DNA of 64,000 nucleotides from NCBI RefSeq assembly GCF_057098645.1, contig NZ_CM169472.1; one strand, 5' to 3'. Shown piece by piece: positions 9,746 to 20,211 of this stretch (position 1 is its first letter; each line of letters starts with the position of its first letter). The notes under the pieces were generated by a model. It saw only the letters and a program-made list of their open reading frames with translations, ran no database searches and was not told where the DNA came from. The position numbers and the translations under genes were made by a program.

Positions 9746-10156
9746 TCAATCAGTGTTTACTTCCCTGGCCTCGCTACCATTGGTATAGCTACTACAGTCT
9801 TCATCACTGCCACGCTCATTCTCACAGACATGTTTCTCGACCTTTCCAAGATATCTGACGCCTTTTCGCGGAATGGTTTTAATTAGAGAACTCGACAAAC
9901 CAGCGATGTCTAATGCCTTTCTAAGCATGTAAATCTGCCCATAATAACTGCTGTCGCTTACCGAACCTTTCTGCTCCCGCCAAACCTCATTGATAATATG
10001 TTGCTTATCGGATTCTCCCTGTAGTAAAAGGAGTAAAAATCGATAGCCGTTTTCAGACAGATTAATTACATTGCCTGTACTGGTGGTGATACGTCGAGAC
10101 GCTGGGTAAAACTTAACTCCCTGCCCTAAAGAAAAATAAAAACGGTCATCGCTCAT
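9746..10156 (-). CDS. OmpR/ToxR/CadC-type winged-helix DNA-binding protein, probably truncated at IS629 junction
   Basis: 136 aa; winged-helix trans_reg_C pattern (LSENGYRFLLLLLQGESDKQHIINEVW...IYMLRKAL...PRKGVRYLG); stop codon supplied by IS629 terminal TGA; no TM or periplasmic domain. Confidence 0.55.
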   Translation of the reverse strand: MSDDRFYFSLGQGVKFYPASRRITTSTGNVINLSENGYRFLLLLLQGESDKQHIINEVWREQKGSVSDSSYYGQIYMLRKALDIAGLSSSLIKTIPRKGVRYLGKVEKHVCENERGSDEDCSSYTNGSEAREVNTD

Positions 10157-11536
10157 AAGTACCGAACCCTGTTTTCTTCTTCACATGACTACTCATTACA
10201 ACTTTGTATGAAGTAAGATGCAAAATCATATTGTTTACATTAAGTTAAGCAATTATACCGTTTAAACAAAGACAATACGTCTCTTTATTTCTCATAAAAC
10301 CCCAATCCCTTACAGGGCTTATTGAAAATTTAAAAATCACAAATTTCTCAATACTAAAAATGAGATCACATAAGAAATCAAAAAACCTTCTCATCTATTT
10401 TAAGTTTTCCCAACGTAAAATAAGAGCTTTTATTAATAACTGAACCACTTTACTGTTCTATTTGTTCAGGTATTGTATTACGGTGTGCTGAGATCCATAG
10501 GTGCATCCCTGTATCCCGCGATGAGACTAAAATAGTCGTGATTTAAGCTCGTATCAGATTCTTAGTGAATACCACATTTGTTATAATTAAGTGAAAAGAT
10601 ACATTGCTGATTTACATTTTTTGGTTTACAAAATGTCATCACTTACAGAGTTATCGCTGACATATACCTTTAATCTCTTAATCCTTTCGTGTTATTGCAA
10701 TACAACCATCCATAAAGCAGGCTATTTTTAGCAGGAAATACTCAGGTGTCAACATTCGAACCCCAACCCTGAAATATTCATATAAATTAATGATTTTTTC
10801 ATTTATTCACACCTAATCAAAGTATTCAAATTCAGATGATTTTTCTGCTCAACAGACACAAACAGGCAATAATACTCTCCAAAGCGAACAATATTTGGCA
10901 TTACGATTTAATGCTTCATAATCACCAAATCATTTAACTATAAATTTTCTTATTTTTAACGAAATGGTTGGTGTTTTTTTGGAATTAAAAACATACATAA
11001 TATTAACATCTACCGACATTTCACTTTCCGAAAGACGAATGATTTCGAATCCTCATCTACGTTCTCCCATCCCAAATATCTTTATTAATAGGCAGTACGA
11101 ACACTGTTATAGCAAGATTACCTTATTAACCTAATGGAATCCTTTATGTAACAAGTGAAAATAAATTCCTTAAAATTGATTCTCAGCAAATCTTAAAAGT
11201 TCTCATTATTCTGCAAAATCAGCTTTGCGAATAATCTTATGTTTTTGGGAATTTTGATCTGCTCATTGCTCTCGTGAAAAATACAAACAAGAGAAAAAAC
11301 GCCATTCGTCATGAAAAGAACAGACGTAGCAATGTAATAACATACTAAAATTGATCTCATGAAAGTGGGTGCTTTATAACCAGCACAGAAGCTCAGACGT
11401 ATAAATATTAAACAATTTGCATTGTAAAACGGAGACTATGTATTAAGAAGCCAATCGTAAAAACGGTTCCCTGGCGAGATAAACGACAAACAAATGGAAA
11501 GCCGGATGATATTTACCTTCATCCGGCATTATTGAC
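10157..11536. other. 1.38 kb AT-rich tract with no ORF of 60 aa or more; candidate H-NS-silenced horizontally acquired DNA / long regulatory region
   Basis: No ORF in six-frame track; visibly AT-rich versus flanking genes; lies upstream of the winged-helix regulator and downstream of glcA. Confidence 0.5.
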
Positions 11537-13219
11537 TTACGAAACTAACATCCCGGTAAACACATACGCCTGCAACAGCGTGATAATGCCGATAACGCTG
11601 GCAAAAATCAGACTGTGCTTCACGGTGTAGCGGAACAGTTCAGATTCTCGGCCCACCATGCCCGTCGCGGCGCAGGCCACGGCGATAGATTGCGGGGAGA
11701 TCATCTTGCCAGTTACGCCGCCGCTGGTATTTGCTGCCACCAGCAGAGTGTCAGAGACGTTGATTTGCTGCGCCGTGGTCGATTGCAGTGAACCAAACAG
11801 GGCGTTTGAAGAAGTGTCCGAGCCGGTAAGGAATACCCCCAGCCAGCCGAGGAACGGTGAGAAGAACGGGAACATCACGCCTGTACCTGCCAGTACCAGC
11901 GCCAGCGTGGTGGACATGCCGGAATAGTTGGTGACGAAGGCGAACGCCAGCACCATGCCAATCGACAATATCGGCCACTTCAGACTAATTAGCGTTTCGG
12001 CAAAGACGCCAATCCCTTTCTTGATGCCCACGCCGAGGATGAAGATAGAGATAATCGCCGCAATAAAAATAGCGGTGCCGCCAGCCGAGAGGGGGTCGAA
12101 TTTAAACACCGCATCCATTGGCGTTGGTTGGGCGACAATGGGTGCCGCTTTCAACACTTGTTGATGCAAATGAGGGATCTGGAAATTAATCACCAGTGAA
12201 TAAAACACGCCGCCCGGAGCAAATAACGCTTTAAACGGCTTCATGGTCCAGATGGTGACCAGCACCGTTAAGATTAAAAACGGTGACCACGCTCGAATGA
12301 TTTGCCCCAGACTATATTCTGAAGGCACTGGACCGCCAGAAGATGGCTTATTTACCACCATCGCACCTGCGGATTGTCCCATGCTGATTGCCGTTTCGGT
12401 ATTTTTCGGCCGCCAGACTTTAAGGAATAAAGCGAGTGAGACGATACTCACCAGCGCCGAAGTAATATCCGGCAGTTCCGGACCAATATAGTTAGAGGTA
12501 AAGAACTGAGTGACAGCGAAGCTTCCCCCTGCAGCCAGCGCCGCTGGCCACGTCTCTTTCACCCCTTTCCAGCCGTCCATCATTGCTACCAGCCAGAACG
12601 GCACAAGAACCGACAGGAACGGTAACTGACGTCCTGCCATAGCACCAATGTGGAACGGATCGATTCCCGTTACCTGACCGGCGACCAGAATCGGCACGCC
12701 CAACGCACCAAACGCCACCGGCGCAGTATTGGCAATCAGACACAGCCCCGCCGCGTATAACGGTTTGAAGCCCAGGCCCACCAGCAGCGCACCAGTAATC
12801 GCCACCGGGGCACCAAAGCCAGCCGCCCCTTCCAGCAGCGCGCCAAAGGAGAAACCAATCAGTAACACCTGCAAACGCTGATCGTCAGTGATGGAGATAA
12901 CCGAGCTGCGGATAATATCGAACTGCCCGCTGGCAACGGTTAATTTATAGAGGAACACCGCCGCGACAATAATCCACGCTATTGGCCATAATCCATAAAT
13001 AAAGCCATAGCCCGCAGCAGAAAATGCCATATCAATCGGCATTTTAAAGACGAATATCGCAATCAGGAGAGATAATATAAGGGTTATTGCTCCGGCAACA
13101 TGTCCTTTCAGACGTAATACCGCGAGTGCAACGAAGAAGAATATTATCGGGATCAGGGCGACCAGAGCGGATAGCCCCAGTCCTCCCATCGGCATATACA
13201 TTTGGGTCCAGGTAACCAT
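11537..13219 (-). CDS. glcA: glycolate / lactate permease
   Basis: 560 aa LctP-family permease; sequence and position downstream of glcB match K-12 GlcA. Confidence 0.9.
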   Translation of the reverse strand: MVTWTQMYMPMGGLGLSALVALIPIIFFFVALAVLRLKGHVAGAITLILSLLIAIFVFKMPIDMAFSAAGYGFIYGLWPIAWIIVAAVFLYKLTVASGQFDIIRSSVISITDDQRLQVLLIGFSFGALLEGAAGFGAPVAITGALLVGLGFKPLYAAGLCLIANTAPVAFGALGVPILVAGQVTGIDPFHIGAMAGRQLPFLSVLVPFWLVAMMDGWKGVKETWPAALAAGGSFAVTQFFTSNYIGPELPDITSALVSIVSLALFLKVWRPKNTETAISMGQSAGAMVVNKPSSGGPVPSEYSLGQIIRAWSPFLILTVLVTIWTMKPFKALFAPGGVFYSLVINFQIPHLHQQVLKAAPIVAQPTPMDAVFKFDPLSAGGTAIFIAAIISIFILGVGIKKGIGVFAETLISLKWPILSIGMVLAFAFVTNYSGMSTTLALVLAGTGVMFPFFSPFLGWLGVFLTGSDTSSNALFGSLQSTTAQQINVSDTLLVAANTSGGVTGKMISPQSIAVACAATGMVGRESELFRYTVKHSLIFASVIGIITLLQAYVFTGMLVS

Positions 13220-13574
13220 ATTGTTCAGTCTCTTATTATCTTTATATGCTTGATATACTTAAGGTTGTAATAAGCAAAAGAGGACTGAACTGTAAAATAT
13301 AGGCGTTATACTTTACAGCAACAGTACGCCGCTAACGCAATTGCTACCTCTGGCATAACAAGTATATCGGGTAAGGGTTTCTGTTCCGCACACGCAGGCG
13401 CAGAGTATCGTTAAGATATCCATATTGTTGTTTTAGGCCCGCTAGTAATGCGCTACGGGTATTTAATATTGTTAAACCCTGATAATCGCTCCGGTTATTT
13501 CCGGGATAAATGTACTACCGCAGTTACTATCATAGCCCCGACAATAAAACTTGCCGGGGCTTTTTTTGACGCTA

Positions 13575-15746
13575 TTAATGACTTTCTTTTTCGCGCAAAC
13601 GCCAGGCGTGTAATAACGGTTCGGTATAGCCGTTTGGCTGTTTCACACCAAGGAAGATTAAATCGCTGGCAGCCTTAAAGGCACACGAGTTAGCGAAATT
13701 CCCCGCCATCGGACGATAAGCCGGATCGCCAGCGTTTTGCTGATCAACCACTTTCGCCATATTCTCCAGCGACGCCTGCACCTGTTCTTTGGTCAGAATA
13801 CCGTGACGTAACCAGTTGGCGATATGCTGGCTGGAGATACGCAGCGTTGCGCGGTCTTCCATCAGCGCCACATTGTGAATATCCGGCACTTTTGAACAAC
13901 CAATCCCCTGCTCCACCCAGCGCACCACGTACCCCAGAATCCCCTGCACGTTGTTATCCAGCTCTTGTTGGATCTCTTGCGCCGACCAGTTAGCGTTTTC
14001 AGCAACCGGAATAGTCAGCAGATCGTCCAGCAGCGGTTCAAATTCAGCATTGAACTCGGTCTGGGCAATGTTGGCTTGCACGCTCTGTACGTTGGTTTGG
14101 TGGTAGTGCAGCGCATGGAGCGTAGCGGCAGTTGGCGACGGAACCCAGGCTGTGTTTGCCCCGGCACGCAGTTGGTCGCCCTTCTGGCTGTACATGTCTG
14201 CCATCAGGTCCGGCATTGCCCACATGCCTTTACCGATTTGCGCTTTACCGCGCAGCCCACAGAACAGGCCGGAAAGCACGTTATTACGTTCGTAGGCTTT
14301 GATCCACGGCGTCGATTTCATCTGGTTTTTACGCAGCATCGGGCCAGCTTCCATCACCGAATGCATTTCATCGCCGGTACGGTCGAGGAAACCTGTATTG
14401 ATGAACGCCACGCGGTTGCGCGCCTGAGCGATACAGCTACGCAAGTTCAGCGAGGTCCGGCGTTCTTCATCCATAATGCCCATTTTCAGGGTATTCGGTG
14501 CCATACCGAGCATTGTCTCAATGCGGGTAAACAGTTTGTTGGCGAACGCCACTTCCTGCGGACCGTGCATTTTCGGTTTCACAATATAGACGCTGCCAGT
14601 GCGCGAGTTTTTCTGCACTTTTAAATCATAGAGGGCAATCGCGCCAGTCATGACGCCATCAAGAATGCCTTCCGGGATTTCATTGCCTTCGCTGTCCCAA
14701 ATCACAGGAATGGTCATCAAATGACCCACGTTGCGGATAAACAGCAGCGAGCGTCCGTGCAGAGAAATTTCAGAGCCATCGGCGGCGGTGTAATGACGAT
14801 CGTCATTCAGTTTACGCACGATTTGTCGACCGTTTTTCTCCATTTTCTCTTGCAGAGTCCCCTGCATCAGGCCCAGCAGGTTGCGGTACAGCAGGATTTT
14901 ATCTTCCGCATCAACCGCCGCGACCGAATCTTCGCAGTCGAGAATGGTACTGATGGCCGCTTCGACGATAACATCGTTGATGTGCGCCGGATCGTCTTTG
15001 CCAATCCGCCCGTTGGCATCGATTTGCAGTTCAATATGCAGGCCGTTATTTTTCAGCAAAATGCAGGTCGGCGCAGCGGCATCGCCACGGTAACCGACAA
15101 ACTGCGCCGGGGTACGTAACGTGGTTTCTTTACCATTTTTCAACTGGATGCGTAATTGTTTATCGACCACCTTAAACGCCACCACATCCTGATAGCTGCC
15201 GTTTTCCAGCGGTAGAGATTCATCGAGGAAACGCCGAACCCAGGCGATAACCTGCTCACCGCGTTGCGGATCGTAGCCGCTGACCATCGCCCCTTCCTGC
15301 GGGATGATGTCGCTGCCGTATAACGCATCGTACAGTGAGCCCCAGCGAGCGTTCGCCGCGTTCAGCGCGTAGCGGGCGTTCATTGCCGGAACCACCAGCT
15401 GTGGCCCCGCCTGACTGGTGATTTCGCTGTCAATGCCCGTGGTTTCCACCGTCACGCGCTCCGGTTGCGGTACCAGGTAGCCCAGTTCACGCAGGAAAGA
15501 TTTATAGGCCGCTTTATCTTTTACCGGCCCCGGATTGCTGCGATGCCACTCATCAAGCGCCGCCTGAATGCGATCGCGTTCTGCCAGCAACTGACGATTT
15601 TCTGGTACCAGATCGTAAACGATCTCATCAAAATTGCGCCAGAACGCCGCAGCGTCCAGCCCTGTTCCCGGTAAAACTTCTTCATCCACAAAACGTTTAA
15701 AATTGGCGTCAATGCGTAAACGGCCCTGGGTTATGGTTTGACTCAT
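13575..15746 (-). CDS. glcB: malate synthase G
   Basis: 723 aa; sequence [27 protein letters not shown]... matches GlcB. Confidence 0.95.
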   Translation of the reverse strand: MSQTITQGRLRIDANFKRFVDEEVLPGTGLDAAAFWRNFDEIVYDLVPENRQLLAERDRIQAALDEWHRSNPGPVKDKAAYKSFLRELGYLVPQPERVTVETTGIDSEITSQAGPQLVVPAMNARYALNAANARWGSLYDALYGSDIIPQEGAMVSGYDPQRGEQVIAWVRRFLDESLPLENGSYQDVVAFKVVDKQLRIQLKNGKETTLRTPAQFVGYRGDAAAPTCILLKNNGLHIELQIDANGRIGKDDPAHINDVIVEAAISTILDCEDSVAAVDAEDKILLYRNLLGLMQGTLQEKMEKNGRQIVRKLNDDRHYTAADGSEISLHGRSLLFIRNVGHLMTIPVIWDSEGNEIPEGILDGVMTGAIALYDLKVQKNSRTGSVYIVKPKMHGPQEVAFANKLFTRIETMLGMAPNTLKMGIMDEERRTSLNLRSCIAQARNRVAFINTGFLDRTGDEMHSVMEAGPMLRKNQMKSTPWIKAYERNNVLSGLFCGLRGKAQIGKGMWAMPDLMADMYSQKGDQLRAGANTAWVPSPTAATLHALHYHQTNVQSVQANIAQTEFNAEFEPLLDDLLTIPVAENANWSAQEIQQELDNNVQGILGYVVRWVEQGIGCSKVPDIHNVALMEDRATLRISSQHIANWLRHGILTKEQVQASLENMAKVVDQQNAGDPAYRPMAGNFANSCAFKAASDLIFLGVKQPNGYTEPLLHAWRLREKESH

Positions 15747-15767
15747 TGTTTCTCTCCTCGTTTTCGC

Positions 15768-16172
15768 TTATTTCGCCAACACCGCTGCTGCCGCTTTCGC
15801 GACCTGCGCATCCTGTGCTCCGGTTAAACCAGAAACGCCCACGGCACCAATAATTTGCCCATCAACAACAACCGGTACGCCGCCTTCCAGCGACGTTAAT
15901 AACGGCGCAGTCACGAACGCGGTACGTCCGTTGTTCACCATCTCTTCATAGCCCTTAGTTTCACGACGCCCCAGCGCGGCGGTACGCGCTTTCTCCTGGG
16001 AGATGTAAGCCGCAATCGGCGCGCAATCGTCCATGCGACTTAACGCCAGCAGATGACCGCCGTCATCGGCAACAGCAATGGAAACAGACCAGTTGTTTTT
16101 CTGCGCCTCTTCCTGACCTGCGGCAATAATTGCACTCGCCATTTGCTGGCTAAGAATGACTTTAGTTTTCAT
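15768..16172 (-). CDS. glcG: GlcG (heme-binding-like protein of glc operon)
   Basis: 134 aa from internal Met MKTKVILSQQ... of track ORF 15768-16190. Confidence 0.85.
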   Translation of the reverse strand: MKTKVILSQQMASAIIAAGQEEAQKNNWSVSIAVADDGGHLLALSRMDDCAPIAAYISQEKARTAALGRRETKGYEEMVNNGRTAFVTAPLLTSLEGGVPVVVDGQIIGAVGVSGLTGAQDAQVAKAAAAVLAK

Positions 16173-16176
16173 TTTG

Positions 16177-17400
16177 TTATTCCTTTTCAAGGGCTTGTTC
16201 TACAATTTCAATCCAGTGACGCACAGAGGTACGACCGGCGCTCGCCAGATGCGTCTGGCAACCAATGTTGGCGGTGACGATCATTTCCGGTTTGCCGCTT
16301 TCCAGCGCATTCATTTTGTTATCCCGCAGCTGGCGTGCCAGATCGGGATGCGTTAACGCATATGTTCCCGCTGAACCGCAGCACAGATGGCTGTCGGGAA
16401 CGTCCGTTAAGGTAAATCCAAGACGAAGCAACACTTTTTCCACTTCGCCGTTCAGCTTTTGCGCATGTTGTAGGGTACACGGGCAGTGGAAGGCCAGTTT
16501 TTTATCGCCGCGAATTGCCAGTTTTTCCAGCGGTTCCTCGCGCAGAAGCTCGACTAAATCGACCGCCAGTTCACTGACCTGACGCGCTTTATCGGCATAT
16601 AACGCATCGTTTTTCAGCATCTGCCCGTACTCTTTGACAAACGCACCGCAGCCGCTGGCGGTTTGCAAAATTGCCTCGGCACCTGCTTCAATCGCGGGCC
16701 ACCAGGCATCAATATTATTGCGCGCCCGCGCCAGCCCTTTCTCCTGCGCATTAAGATGATAGTCCACCGCGCCACAACAGCCTGCTTCGTTAGCTGGCAT
16801 GACGCTGATCCCCAGACGATCCAGCACTCGCGCAGTTGCCGCGTTGGTGTTGGGCGAAAGCGTAGGCTGGGCGCAGCCTTCCAGCATTAAAACCCGACGC
16901 TTATGGCGCAGCGGCGGACGCGGTTTAGCTTTCACCGTTTCAGCAGGCAGTTTTGCTCTGACCTGCTCCGGTAAAAACGGTCGCAGCACCAGCCCTACCT
17001 GCGTCAGCGCACGGAAGACCGCCGGACGCGGCACTACCTGGCGCAATCCTTCGCGCAGCATTCGCTCCGGCAGTGGGCGTTTCACTTTCTGCTCGACAAT
17101 ATCACGCCCGATATCCAGCAAATTGTGATAGCGCACACCAGAAGGACAGGTGGTTTCACAATTGCGGCAAGTGAGGCAGCGATCGAGATGCTCCTGTGTT
17201 TTAAGCGTGACTTCGTTGCCTTCCAGCACCTGTTTAATCAGATAGATGCGCCCGCGCGGCCCGTCCAGTTCATCGCCCAGAAGCTGATAGGTTGGGCAGG
17301 TTGCGGTACAAAATCCGCAGTGAACACAGGCGCGCAGGATGCTGTCGGCTTCCAGCGCGCGCGCGTTCTGCCGCATCTCTTCAGTTAATTGGGTTTGCAT
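16177..17400 (-). CDS. glcF: glycolate oxidase Fe-S subunit
   Basis: 407 aa from MQTQLTEEMRQ...; two CxxCxxCxxxCP ferredoxin motifs and CCG domains; track ORF has spurious N-terminal extension overlapping glcE. Confidence 0.9.
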   Translation of the reverse strand: MQTQLTEEMRQNARALEADSILRACVHCGFCTATCPTYQLLGDELDGPRGRIYLIKQVLEGNEVTLKTQEHLDRCLTCRNCETTCPSGVRYHNLLDIGRDIVEQKVKRPLPERMLREGLRQVVPRPAVFRALTQVGLVLRPFLPEQVRAKLPAETVKAKPRPPLRHKRRVLMLEGCAQPTLSPNTNAATARVLDRLGISVMPANEAGCCGAVDYHLNAQEKGLARARNNIDAWWPAIEAGAEAILQTASGCGAFVKEYGQMLKNDALYADKARQVSELAVDLVELLREEPLEKLAIRGDKKLAFHCPCTLQHAQKLNGEVEKVLLRLGFTLTDVPDSHLCCGSAGTYALTHPDLARQLRDNKMNALESGKPEMIVTANIGCQTHLASAGRTSVRHWIEIVEQALEKE

Positions 17401-17410
17401 AGCCTGCTCC

Positions 17411-18463
17411 TCAAAGTTCCGCGTACATGCGACCGGGGTTAAACACGCCGCAAGGGTCGAGCTGCTGTTTAAGCTGCTGGTGATAGCGGAATAAAGGAGC
17501 CGATAGCGGGGCAAAGCCACCATCTCCGGCACTAAAGCGGGTCGCATGACCGCCAGCGTTGCGGGCGATGCGATGGATTTGATTGTCATCGGCTGTCGAT
17601 TTCAGCCAGCGTAACGCCCCGCCCCAGTCGATCAGTTGCTCGCCGGGTAAATCCATCATCGGCGCATCGCTGGGTAATGAAATGCGCCATGAGGTACCTG
17701 GTAACGAGAAGAACGGCAGTTGTTGTTCACGCAATTGCTGCCAGAACTGACCCGCAACCTCTTCGCCACCCAGCAGTTCACGCGCTGCTTTTACCGATCC
17801 TTCGCCGCCCTCAAGGCGGATCCACAACGCATTGTCGAAGTAACATAAGCCACTAATGGGTAGCGGCTGAAGTTGCCACTGGGCGATTTCACTCATGGCT
17901 TCTTGCAGGCTGATTTCCCGACGCAGGCTCAGGGTGGCGCGTGGTCGCGGTAACACTTTCATCGAGATTTCAGTGAGCACGCCAAGACAACCGTAGCTTC
18001 CGGCCATTAACCGTGAGAGATCGTATCCAGCAACGTTTTTCATCACTTCGCCACCAAAACGCAGATGTTTTCCAGCGCCGGTAATGATGCGCGTGCCGAG
18101 GACAAAATCGCGGACCGAACCGCTCCACGGGCGACTCGGCCCCGCCAGCCCGCAGGCGACCATCCCGCCCCAGGTGGCTTCTTCACCATAATGCGGCGGC
18201 TCGCAGGGAAGCATTTGCCCCGCGCTTTCCAGCGCCGCTTCAATCGCCACCAGCGGCGTTCCGGCACGAGCGGTTATCACCAGCTCGGTCGGGTCGTAAT
18301 TAACAATGCCGCGATGACAACGCACATCCAGCGTTTGCCCGGTGACTGGGCGACCTAAAAAGGCTTTGCTATTGCTGCCCTGAATCACCAGCGGCGTTTT
18401 ATCGCTAATTGCCTGATTCACCTGCTCCAGCAGCGCCTGACTGTAATCACACTCGCGTAGCAT
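17411..18463 (-). CDS. glcE: glycolate oxidase FAD-binding subunit
   Basis: 350 aa; FAD-binding PCMH domain; overlaps glcD stop. Confidence 0.9.
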   Translation of the reverse strand: MLRECDYSQALLEQVNQAISDKTPLVIQGSNSKAFLGRPVTGQTLDVRCHRGIVNYDPTELVITARAGTPLVAIEAALESAGQMLPCEPPHYGEEATWGGMVACGLAGPSRPWSGSVRDFVLGTRIITGAGKHLRFGGEVMKNVAGYDLSRLMAGSYGCLGVLTEISMKVLPRPRATLSLRREISLQEAMSEIAQWQLQPLPISGLCYFDNALWIRLEGGEGSVKAARELLGGEEVAGQFWQQLREQQLPFFSLPGTSWRISLPSDAPMMDLPGEQLIDWGGALRWLKSTADDNQIHRIARNAGGHATRFSAGDGGFAPLSAPLFRYHQQLKQQLDPCGVFNPGRMYAEL

Positions 18464-19962
18464 CAGAAACGCTCCAGTTCAGGGAAAGGTAAATGACCGT
18501 GATGCACATGCATGGCACCAAATTCAGCACAGCGGTGTAGCGTGGGAATGTTTTTCCCAGGGTTCAGCAAACCATCGGGGTCAAACGCCGCCTTGACCGC
18601 ATGGAAGGTCGTGATTTCATCGCTGTTGAACTGGGCGCACATTTGATTGATTTTTTCTCGCCCGATGCCATGTTCCCCACTGATGCTGCCGCCAACTTCA
18701 ACGCAGAGTTCGAGGATCTTCCCGCCCAGCTCTTCCGCGCGGGCAAATTCACCGGGTTCGTTGGCATCGAAAAGGATTAACGGGTGCATGTTGCCATCTC
18801 CGGCATGAAACACGTTGGCAACACGTAAATCATATTGCTGCGATAAACGGGCAATGCCTTCCAGTACGCCAGGCAGGGCGCGACGCGGGATGGTGCCATC
18901 CATGCAGTAGTAATCCGGGGAGATACGTCCTACCGCCGGGAACGCATTTTTGCGACCGGCCCAGAAACGTACGCGCTCTGCTTCGTCCTGTGCCAGACGG
19001 ACGTCAGTCGCGCCCGCTTTCAACAAGATGTCGTTAACCCGCTCGCAGTCTTCCTGTACGTCAGACTCCACGCCGTCCAGCTCGCATAACAAAATCGCTT
19101 CGGCGTCGACGGGATAACCGGCATGAATAAAATCTTCCGCCGCGCGGATCGACAGGTTATCCATCATCTCCAGCCCGCCGGGGATAATGCCATTGGCGAT
19201 GATGTCACCAACTGCAAGTCCGGCTTTTTCTACCGAGTCAAAGCTTGCTAACAGAACCCGCGCCACGGGCGGCTTCGGCAGCAGTTTTACCGTCACTTCG
19301 GTGGTCACGCCGAGCATACCTTCCGATCCGGTGAACAACGCCAGCAGGTCAAAACCAGGCGAATCCAGCGCATCCGATCCCAGCGTCAGTGCCTCGCCAT
19401 CCAGCGTTTGCACTTCAATTTTCAGCAGGTTATGTACGGTCAGACCATATTTCAGGCAGTGGACGCCGCCGGCATTTTCTGCCACGTTGCCGCCAATGGA
19501 ACAGGCGATTTGTGAGGAAGGGTCCGGTGCGTAGTAGAGATTATGCGGTGCAACGGCCTGGGAGATCGCCAGGTTACGCACGCCTGGCTGCACGCGCGCG
19601 CGGCGACCAACGGGGTTAATGTCGAGGATCTCTTTAAAGCGCGCCATCACCAACAACACACCTTTTTCCAGCGGCAGCGCGCCACCAGAAAGCCCGGTGC
19701 CTGCACCACGGGTCACCACCGGTACACGCAGGCGATGGCAGACAGCCAGAATCGCTGTCACCTGTTCCATCTGCTTAGGCAGAACAACCAGTAATGGACG
19801 CGTGCGATACGCGCTCAACCCGTCACACTCGTAAGGAATGATCTCCTCATCGGTATGCAGGATCTCCAGTCCAGGGACATGCTCACGCAGTGCCATCAGT
19901 ACCGATGTGCGGTCGACATCGGGTAAAGCGCCATCAAGACGCTCTTCGTACAAGATGCTCAT
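18463..19962 (-). CDS. glcD: glycolate oxidase subunit GlcD (FAD-linked)
   Basis: 499 aa FAD-linked oxidase; first gene of glcDEFGBA. Confidence 0.95.
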   Translation of the reverse strand: MSILYEERLDGALPDVDRTSVLMALREHVPGLEILHTDEEIIPYECDGLSAYRTRPLLVVLPKQMEQVTAILAVCHRLRVPVVTRGAGTGLSGGALPLEKGVLLVMARFKEILDINPVGRRARVQPGVRNLAISQAVAPHNLYYAPDPSSQIACSIGGNVAENAGGVHCLKYGLTVHNLLKIEVQTLDGEALTLGSDALDSPGFDLLALFTGSEGMLGVTTEVTVKLLPKPPVARVLLASFDSVEKAGLAVGDIIANGIIPGGLEMMDNLSIRAAEDFIHAGYPVDAEAILLCELDGVESDVQEDCERVNDILLKAGATDVRLAQDEAERVRFWAGRKNAFPAVGRISPDYYCMDGTIPRRALPGVLEGIARLSQQYDLRVANVFHAGDGNMHPLILFDANEPGEFARAEELGGKILELCVEVGGSISGEHGIGREKINQMCAQFNSDEITTFHAVKAAFDPDGLLNPGKNIPTLHRCAEFGAMHVHHGHLPFPELERF

Positions 19963-20211
19963 GAGTAGGCTTCGCTTTGTTATGTTGTGTGGCAGCTGAT
20001 TTTTGCGCGCTGCTTCTGTGAACAGTTATTAAGCGGGCTTTTCGTTTTCGTCTATCTCTTTAGCTACCGGTCAGACCATTTTTTTCCAGCTCTGTGACCT
20101 TGTCTTGGTTAACTTAATGTTAAATTGATGTAACATAATCACTTGCGTGATGTGCGTGTTTTGCGAGTTAAGAACAGAAAAATTGGTCCTACCTGTGCAC
20201 GAGGTCTGGGA
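19963..20211. promoter_or_regulatory. glcC / glcDEFGBA divergent promoter-operator region
   Basis: 249-bp spacer between divergently oriented glcD and glcC; known in K-12 to carry GlcC and IHF sites (not mapped here). Confidence 0.5.

Larger units (their letters stand above)
8439..9748 (-). mobile_element. IS629 (IS3 family), apparently intact, about 1310 bp
   Basis: Terminal inverted repeats TGAACCGCCCCGGGTTTCCTGGAGAG (8439-) and TGAACCGCCCCGGGAATCCTGGAGA (rc, ending about 9747); orfA/orfB match my memory of IS629; right end may be off by 1 bp. Confidence 0.8.

Noticed and set aside
10157-11536. Prophage or integrative element remnant in the AT-rich tract
   Set aside because: No integrase, phage structural genes, tRNA or att-like direct repeats were seen; no ORFs at all. 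It is retained as an unexplained AT-rich tract only.
13965-14624. Long antisense ORFs inside well-supported genes (e.g. 13965-14624 in glcB, 35945-36643 in gss, 43397-44035 in hybA, 58865-59917 in ygiQ, 30702-31304 in yghQ, 3197-3712 in mhbT)
   Set aside because: They lie entirely within, and opposite to, genes whose products are confidently recognised; they are Arg/Pro-rich as expected for random antisense frames of GC-rich coding DNA.
16177-17589. 470-aa version of glcF overlapping glcE
   Set aside because: The N-terminal 63 codons overlap the glcE 3' end and are not part of the remembered GlcF; the internal Met (MQTQLTEE...) at 17400 gives the canonical 407-aa protein.
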